Assembly: GCA_964597145.1 (NCBI GenBank)
Contig: CAZQWH010000001.1
Location: 15,696-79,695 of the forward strand
Length of the DNA stretch: 64,000 bases
From: an uncultured Candidatus Saccharibacteria bacterium
Lineage (GTDB): Bacteria > Patescibacteriota > CAZHWT01
Direction of reading: 5' to 3'
Below are positions 58,067 through 64,000 of the stretch, piece by piece. Under the pieces are notes generated by a model. It ran no database searches. It was not told where the DNA came from and was given only the letters and a program-made list of their open reading frames with translations. Numbering within the stretch: position 1 is the first letter of the stretch; the number at the start of each line of letters is the position of its first letter. The translations under genes were made by a program, and so were the position numbers.

Positions 58067-59083
58067 ATGACTCCTCGACGCCGAATCCATCCCGAATCAT
58101 CCCCTCAGCGGACCTTAAATACGAAGCGCACTGGTGATATTTTGCGCCAAGCCCGCCAAGCTCGTGGTGAAAGCCTCGCCCAAGTCAGCCAAGCCATTAA
58201 GGTTCGGGTCTCCATGTTGCAGGCAATCGAGGCTGGCCACTTCTTTGGCTTAACCGACCCGTTATACCTTAAAGGTTTTATCCGAGCTTATGCCGACCAT
58301 CTCGGATTGGCAGAGTCAGAAGTCATGCCCTTCTTTCGCCGAGAATACGATGAGCAACAACACCAACAGCAACTAGCCAAGCCTCTAGCCCCTATTGAAC
58401 CCAAAAAACCCAAAATTACTCCCGGTCGCGTTATAGTGACCATATTAACCATTGCGATTGTGGCGGTGGTAGGGTATAGCTACAATCAATATGTGTCGGT
58501 CGCTCTCACCCCTAAGCTCGAGTTAGTTTCTCCAGTAGATGCCAGCACTGCCGCATCTGGCCAAGTGCTTGTCAAAGGCACCACCGACGCCGACGCCCAA
58601 CTCAGTTTAAATGGACAACCAGTTACCTTAACTCCAGCTGGCGATTTCGAGCTAACCGTAGCCTTAGCCTTAGGCACAAATACCCTCCAACTAAAATCCG
58701 TCAATAAGCTGGGTAAATCCACGGTAGTTGAGCGGACTGTGATTGGTCCACCACGCTTAGCTCAAGCACTTTTGCCTACACCCACCCCAACAGTTTTAGC
58801 CGAATCCACTTCAGAGAGCCAAGCCACTAGTTCGGCCACTCTGTCCGAAGTGGTGGTCGAGGTTAACATTGGGCCTTCGTCGGCCTGGATTGAAGTCCAA
58901 ACCGACGGCCAGCCAGCATTCTCAGGATTAATGTTGCCAGGCTCCACCCAATCATATGCAGGCACCCGCGATATTCACCTCAAAACTGGCAATGCCGGCT
59001 CAACCAGGGTCTCGCTCCACGGCGTAGACCAAGGTCTGCTGGGTAAAGATGGAGAAGTGGTCGAAAAAACTTACCGAAAGTAA
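58067..59083 (+). CDS. RodZ-like protein (XRE-type HTH, TM segment, C-terminal DUF4115-like domain)
   Basis: ILRQARQARGESLAQVSQAIKVRVSMLQAIEAG (HTH_XRE), a central TM helix (ITPGRVIVTILTIAIVAVVGY), and a C-terminal beta-rich domain. Confidence 0.55.
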   Translation: MTPRRRIHPESSPQRTLNTKRTGDILRQARQARGESLAQVSQAIKVRVSMLQAIEAGHFFGLTDPLYLKGFIRAYADHLGLAESEVMPFFRREYDEQQHQQQLAKPLAPIEPKKPKITPGRVIVTILTIAIVAVVGYSYNQYVSVALTPKLELVSPVDASTAASGQVLVKGTTDADAQLSLNGQPVTLTPAGDFELTVALALGTNTLQLKSVNKLGKSTVVERTVIGPPRLAQALLPTPTPTVLAESTSESQATSSATLSEVVVEVNIGPSSAWIEVQTDGQPAFSGLMLPGSTQSYAGTRDIHLKTGNAGSTRVSLHGVDQGLLGKDGEVVEKTYRK

Positions 59084-59314
59084 GTTTTTGGTAGTTAGTA
59101 GTTGGTATATAGTATTTAGCAAAAGCAACTATCAGCAAATATACGGCTGATGGACAGCAATTAAATCTTCCTAGATACTAGATACAAAATACTAGATACC
59201 GAAAACCGGAGACTTCTTCGGTAGCAAGTAGTAAGATTTTGCAAAAAGGCATAGTTTGCCGTTAAACTTAACTATCTGCTAGCTACTAACTACTAAAAAT
59301 CGGAGATTTTTATT

Positions 59315-61087
59315 GTGTGTGGAATATTTGGATTTATCGGTAAACAACCGAACGCAGCCGAAATAGTATTAGCCGGATTAAAAGAGCTAGAATATCGTGG
59401 CTACGATTCTTGGGGTGTTGTGATTAAAACGGATGCTGGCCTGGCCGTAGAAAAAGAAGTGGGCAAGATTGGCAGCCGTACATCGTCTTTACCTGCCGCA
59501 ACTATTGGTTTGGGGCACACCCGTTGGGCAACCCATGGGGCAGTTACTCAAGCGAATGCTCACCCTCACTTAAGCTGCGCCAACCGAGTTGCCGTCATTC
59601 ATAATGGCATTGTCGAAAATTACGAAACACTCAAGTCCACCTTAGCTGGCCACCATCGTTTTGTTTCCGAAACCGATACCGAAGTGGTGAGCCACGCCAT
59701 TGAGCAAGCCCTTGATAACGTACCATTTACCCAAGCCGTGCGGCAGGTATTTGCAACCTTGGCAGGCATGAATGTTATTATTGCTCTCGATTCCCAGTCC
59801 AACCAGATGGTAGCCGGCAAGAAGGGCTCACCGTTGGTTTTAGGCATAAACGATGAGTCTATATACATAGCCTCAGATGCTTCGGCTATTTTGCCACATA
59901 CTCGCCAATTAATATTTGTTGAAGACGGTTGGCTAGTTGAGATTAACCAGCTCAATGGTAAGCCACTCTGGAAAATTCGTGAGGCTCAATCCGGAAGAGT
60001 AGTGAAGGTTAAGCCACAAACTATCGACTGGACAATACTCGAAACCGATCGAGGCAACTTTGATCATTTCATGATTAAGGAGATTTTTGAGCAACCCAAA
60101 GTCTTGCGCCATTTAGCGAGCCAAGCCGAAGAAAAAGTTGGATCTTTAGCCAAAATGATAGCCGATTCGTATGGCTCGTTTATGATTGGCTGCGGAACCG
60201 CCTCATATGCAGCTCTTTCTGGTACGTACGTATTTTCCCGCGTTGCCCGGCAACACGTTAACTTTGTAGCGGGCAGTGAGTTCTTTTACCAAGAACAATA
60301 TTTAACCCCCGATAGTTTAGTTATCGCTATCTCCCAAAGCGGTGAAACCATGGATATTGTGGAATCAATCCAGTTAGCCAAAAAACATCGATCCAAAGTT
60401 GTGGCCGTCACCAACTCGCTAGGCTCAACCTTGTACCGCATGGCTGACGGCAGTGTAATGCTCGATGCCGGAGTAGAAAAAGCAGTCTGTTCCACCAAAG
60501 CCTTTACCGCCATGGTTGGAGTTCTACTACTATTAGCCTATCGGATTAATAACGATTTAGTACTAGCCAAAGACCTCCTGCAGCGGGCGGCCTCCAGTAT
60601 TGAGACTATGCTGCAGCCAGAGCGGCTAAAGCAAATTAAACAGGTGGCCGAATATATTAAAGGTTACGAGCACATGTTTATGATTGGACGAGGACTGTCA
60701 TACGCTGCCTCATTAGAAGCCGCCCTCAAGATTAAAGAAGTCAGCTACATTCACGCCGAAGGCTTTGCTGGTGGCGAACTAAAACATGGCGTTATTGCCT
60801 TAATCGAAACCGGCACACCTTGTATGGTATTTGCGCCCAACGATGAAACTGAGGCAGCCATTATCTCTAATGCCATGGAACTCAAATCCCGCGGCGGTTA
60901 CATCATTGGCGTTGGCCCTCAGCAGCACTCGGTATTTGATGTGTGGATTCAAACCGACGATGTGGGCGATGCCTCTATTATTACCAACGTCGTACCCGCC
61001 CAACTCCTTGGCTATTACTTGGCCGTAGCCAAAGGCTATGATCCCGACAAACCTAGGAATTTGGCCAAGAGTGTAACAGTTAAATAA
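59315..61087 (+). CDS. glmS: glutamine--fructose-6-phosphate aminotransferase (isomerising)
   Basis: GTG start followed by CGIFGFIG (catalytic Cys1), then two SIS domains. Confidence 0.93.
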   Translation: MCGIFGFIGKQPNAAEIVLAGLKELEYRGYDSWGVVIKTDAGLAVEKEVGKIGSRTSSLPAATIGLGHTRWATHGAVTQANAHPHLSCANRVAVIHNGIVENYETLKSTLAGHHRFVSETDTEVVSHAIEQALDNVPFTQAVRQVFATLAGMNVIIALDSQSNQMVAGKKGSPLVLGINDESIYIASDASAILPHTRQLIFVEDGWLVEINQLNGKPLWKIREAQSGRVVKVKPQTIDWTILETDRGNFDHFMIKEIFEQPKVLRHLASQAEEKVGSLAKMIADSYGSFMIGCGTASYAALSGTYVFSRVARQHVNFVAGSEFFYQEQYLTPDSLVIAISQSGETMDIVESIQLAKKHRSKVVAVTNSLGSTLYRMADGSVMLDAGVEKAVCSTKAFTAMVGVLLLLAYRINNDLVLAKDLLQRAASSIETMLQPERLKQIKQVAEYIKGYEHMFMIGRGLSYAASLEAALKIKEVSYIHAEGFAGGELKHGVIALIETGTPCMVFAPNDETEAAIISNAMELKSRGGYIIGVGPQQHSVFDVWIQTDDVGDASIITNVVPAQLLGYYLAVAKGYDPDKPRNLAKSVTVK

Positions 61088-61304
61088 CTGGCATAATCTA
61101 AGCCTCAAAGCCAAAGCTTTGGTTGCAGGCAGGGTGGAGAATGGAGTATAGGACGAAGCTCAAAATCCTCGTCCAAAGAACGACCGTTCTCTGGAAGAAA
61201 AAGGTCAAAACTTTTCTTTTCTCTTCTCTTCGCCAAATCACAAAATACTATCTCCTACCTCCAATCTCCTCTCCCTTCAGCCAGCCATTTGCTACAATAA
61301 AAAT

Positions 61305-63374
61305 ATGTTTGAAAGCTGGAGCTATATACCCCAAGAAATGAATAAACCGGAGGCTCAATCGGAAGCCGAATTAAATTCGCCCGAAACCGCTATTCACTAT
61401 CCCGAATTAATCGCCAATGAACCATTACCTAATACCACGCTTGTTTATTCGGTACCAGTTATGGGGGAATGGCGTAACGGCAACTTGCTGCGTTTTTTAC
61501 GGAGTACGTTCGCCCAAAAGGTGGCAGATAGCGAAGCGTTTGAGGTAGAGTTAGTCGCTAATACTGGACACTGGGTTGAGAGGCTACAGAATTGCGATCC
61601 CAATACATTTGAACCCATGGTCGACAAACAGGGTAATGCCATTATCGATGAGCAATTAGATCTGGGTGCTACAGCTAGACTCCAAGCCATGCTTGACGAG
61701 TCAGATCAAGCGGTCGAGTTTCTGCGTAAAGTAGTAGACGCCCAACGATTAGCCCGTACCAGCACCAGTTTAGAAGCGTTAACCCATGCCAACACCCAAC
61801 TTGAGTCTCTCATCGCCAGTGAGACTGAAGTGTTGCAACAGCAGATTCTGCGGTTAGCTGCCGAAAAGGCTAACTCCATTAGTCTAGCCATTGCCGATAT
61901 GACCCGTAAGTCGCTTCGCGATACTCCATACCATAGTACCAACCTTAGTTCATTACGAACGCTGGGCGCCGATTTAGCCAGAACACGATTTGAGGCAAAT
62001 CCAGATCTTGTTTTACATCTATTTGATGCCGATACTATCATGGCCACCAACGATACAGTCAGGCAAACCCAGGCGATATTTAAGCAACACCCCGAGCTAA
62101 ACTATTTGTTTTCTAATATGAGCAACGCCCCCACTGGCACAGAGCAGGCGCTTGTTGCCGATTCACCGCGAGAAAATGTCCGGCGAACAAAGAGCTATAA
62201 TAGTGATTATGTGCATGGGTCACCACAGATTGCCTTTCGTATGCGCGCCTATGAAAAGCTAAAAGAACTTTCCGGTTGGAAGGATACAGGGTTCGAAGGC
62301 GACGAAGATCGGGATACATCACAACGGCTCGTGTATCACTTTGGCAAACTACAGGACGGGCTATTATTTGAAGCCAGCGCAGATTTACAGCCAACAGTCA
62401 TGACTGGAGATCGGCTTGATGGCGCTGTAGATTCGGCTGGACGTAAGATTGGATATGAGGCTGCGGGTATTCGGCACATCACCAATGATATTGGTCGAGT
62501 CTATGAACTTCAAGATAAAATTGAAAACCTTATTTTAGCCGAACCGCCAGATAAACAGGCCAAGATTCGCTTAAGTTTGAGCAATGCTCGGCATCATTTT
62601 AAGCGAGAGCAGCAAGTGCAACAGCGTTTTAATCGCTGGCTATTAAAGAGTTTTGTCACTGCCGTCCAAATGGGCCACATATCCTTGGCTGAGGGTAAAT
62701 TACACTACAATGATGGCCAGATAATGAGCTTGCGTGGGGGAGAAGCATTACTTCACTATATTAAATCCAACCCGGTTTTGATTAGTGAAACAGTCGCCGA
62801 TTCTAGGGTAGTTGCCTATATCCAATCCTGCTTAGACAAAAATGATAGCTCAACCGCTGAATATACAGAAGTGCCACCTTTTTACCAGGCTATTGGAGAA
62901 TATATAGGCGAAGTCAAACTGGTTAGTCAGTTGATTGAGGACGGGCTACTAACCAAACCACAACCGGAAATAAAAACCATATATGGTAAGTATCAACAGG
63001 AAACATGGCACCCACAGGATAAGCGAACAACTAAAGATCGAGTATCTTTTATGCACTCAATGGTAGCCGAAACCTTTGCCTTAAACGCAGTATATAAAAT
63101 ATTTTTCGAAGTTAAAGAGCTAGAGAGACAAAAGCGTGATACCTACAATTGGCCCGCCGACCCCAACGAGCAAGAACTCCGAATGAATTTCCCCGACTCC
63201 GAAACCCGGTGGCAAACCATGCAGCAATGGATGGATACTCAAGGAACAGAAATACCGCAACCAGTCTCCGCCGATCCAGTGGGAGAGTTGGGGCAATGGC
63301 AATCAGTTCCCATGTCAAAACTGCTCGGCCGATTACGCTCGGGTTTCAGAAGTCTAACCAAATCGCAGCGGTAA
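61305..63374 (+). CDS. large hypothetical soluble protein
   Basis: 689-aa ORF with coding-like composition. It contains HLFDADTI (a DxD-like box), but no family is confidently recognised. Confidence 0.45.
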   Translation: MFESWSYIPQEMNKPEAQSEAELNSPETAIHYPELIANEPLPNTTLVYSVPVMGEWRNGNLLRFLRSTFAQKVADSEAFEVELVANTGHWVERLQNCDPNTFEPMVDKQGNAIIDEQLDLGATARLQAMLDESDQAVEFLRKVVDAQRLARTSTSLEALTHANTQLESLIASETEVLQQQILRLAAEKANSISLAIADMTRKSLRDTPYHSTNLSSLRTLGADLARTRFEANPDLVLHLFDADTIMATNDTVRQTQAIFKQHPELNYLFSNMSNAPTGTEQALVADSPRENVRRTKSYNSDYVHGSPQIAFRMRAYEKLKELSGWKDTGFEGDEDRDTSQRLVYHFGKLQDGLLFEASADLQPTVMTGDRLDGAVDSAGRKIGYEAAGIRHITNDIGRVYELQDKIENLILAEPPDKQAKIRLSLSNARHHFKREQQVQQRFNRWLLKSFVTAVQMGHISLAEGKLHYNDGQIMSLRGGEALLHYIKSNPVLISETVADSRVVAYIQSCLDKNDSSTAEYTEVPPFYQAIGEYIGEVKLVSQLIEDGLLTKPQPEIKTIYGKYQQETWHPQDKRTTKDRVSFMHSMVAETFALNAVYKIFFEVKELERQKRDTYNWPADPNEQELRMNFPDSETRWQTMQQWMDTQGTEIPQPVSADPVGELGQWQSVPMSKLLGRLRSGFRSLTKSQR

Positions 63375-63860
63375 AGGAAAAGGTCGACAATGAAAAAGGG
63401 ATTGCGGCTTTGTGGTCATTTCTTTACCAACCGAATGCAACATATGCTCCGCCGAGCTCCAATAAAAAGGTTATAGAGAAAGTCATAAGCTCATCCTTAA
63501 AATAGTCATCCACTGGGCGAAAAAAGCAAAGATTAAAACTAAGACCCAAAACACTGTCCTCTTAATGCTCACTACGAATCACAGAGTTATTTAGGGTTAA
63601 TTATATAATTGCCACAATAGGGTATACATCCAATACCCTATTGTCATCCTCAATTAAATTGAGGAACCGCCATTATATAATTAAATTTATTAATAAATAC
63701 TAAATACCAGATGCCATTTACTAGCCACCACATCAGCTTTAGCCAATGCCTGCCTGCTAGCCAAATTGACGGTTGCAATGCTACAATGTAACAAGATATA
63801 GTAACTATCCAACCAAGTAGTAACTCTGAGTTAATTTATTAAAAAGTTGAAGGAACTGCC

Positions 63861-64000
63861 CATGTTTACCTCTTTTAACGGTACCCAAATTCTCTTATCA
63901 ATTATGATCGTCTTGCTCGGGATCACGTTAGTGATTGTTGGCATCCAATTATTTTTTGTGCTCAAAGACCTGCGCAAGAGTTTAGCCAAGACCGACCGAA
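63861..64000 (+). CDS. hypothetical small membrane protein (5' fragment, runs off window end)
   Basis: MFTSFNGTQILLSIMIVLLGITLVIVGIQLFFVLKDLRKSLAKTDR is a single TM helix. Confidence 0.3.

Overview
This window is a gene-dense, mostly syntenic bacterial chromosome segment at roughly 45-48% GC. The gene content is Firmicutes/CPR-like: hrcA-grpE-dnaK-dnaJ, RNase J, a short-form IF-2, PBP1A. That lineage call is inference only.

Confidently recognised genes: galU, groES-groEL and hrcA (each with a CIRCE operator), trpS, hsp20, a PAS histidine kinase with a receiver-only response regulator, an HspR-like MerR regulator, PBP1A, a GH18 hydrolase, D-Ala-D-Ala carboxypeptidase, grpE-dnaK-dnaJ, nusA-infB, a DHH/NrnA-like gene, rpsO-pnp, RNase J, ftsK, glmS, and a cell-envelope glycoconjugate cluster (O-antigen-ligase-like, HAD-IIB, UbiA prenyltransferase, GT4 WecA-like, GalU).

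The window is unusually rich in small structured repeats and mobile DNA:
(i) A ~60-bp composite-palindrome element sits at a fixed position just upstream of hsp20, dnaK and dnaJ, with further partial copies elsewhere. Together with the HspR homologue in the window, this is a candidate undescribed heat-shock cis-regulatory system.
(ii) An IS200-like/RAYT Y1 HUH transposase is flanked by inverted REP-like hairpins, and a solo REPIN-like palindrome lies at 8755-8821.
(iii) An IS1-family element has ~35-bp terminal inverted repeats but no start codon for its zinc-ribbon N-terminus.
(iv) There are many heptanucleotide tandem repeats, one tract lying in-frame in a nucleotidyltransferase gene.
(v) A conserved promoter-like palindrome TTAATTATATAATATATTATATAAT with an upstream ACAGAGATAA box recurs.
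(vi) AT-rich inverted-repeat spacers sit inside the groES-groEL, hrcA-grpE and rpsO-pnp operons.

Also notable are a Lon homologue reduced to its AAA+ module (no LAN domain, no S16 protease domain, pore-loop tyrosine lost) and an uncharacterised four-gene minus-strand cluster ending in a Pol-beta-type nucleotidyltransferase. No rRNA, tRNA or CRISPR array was recognised.
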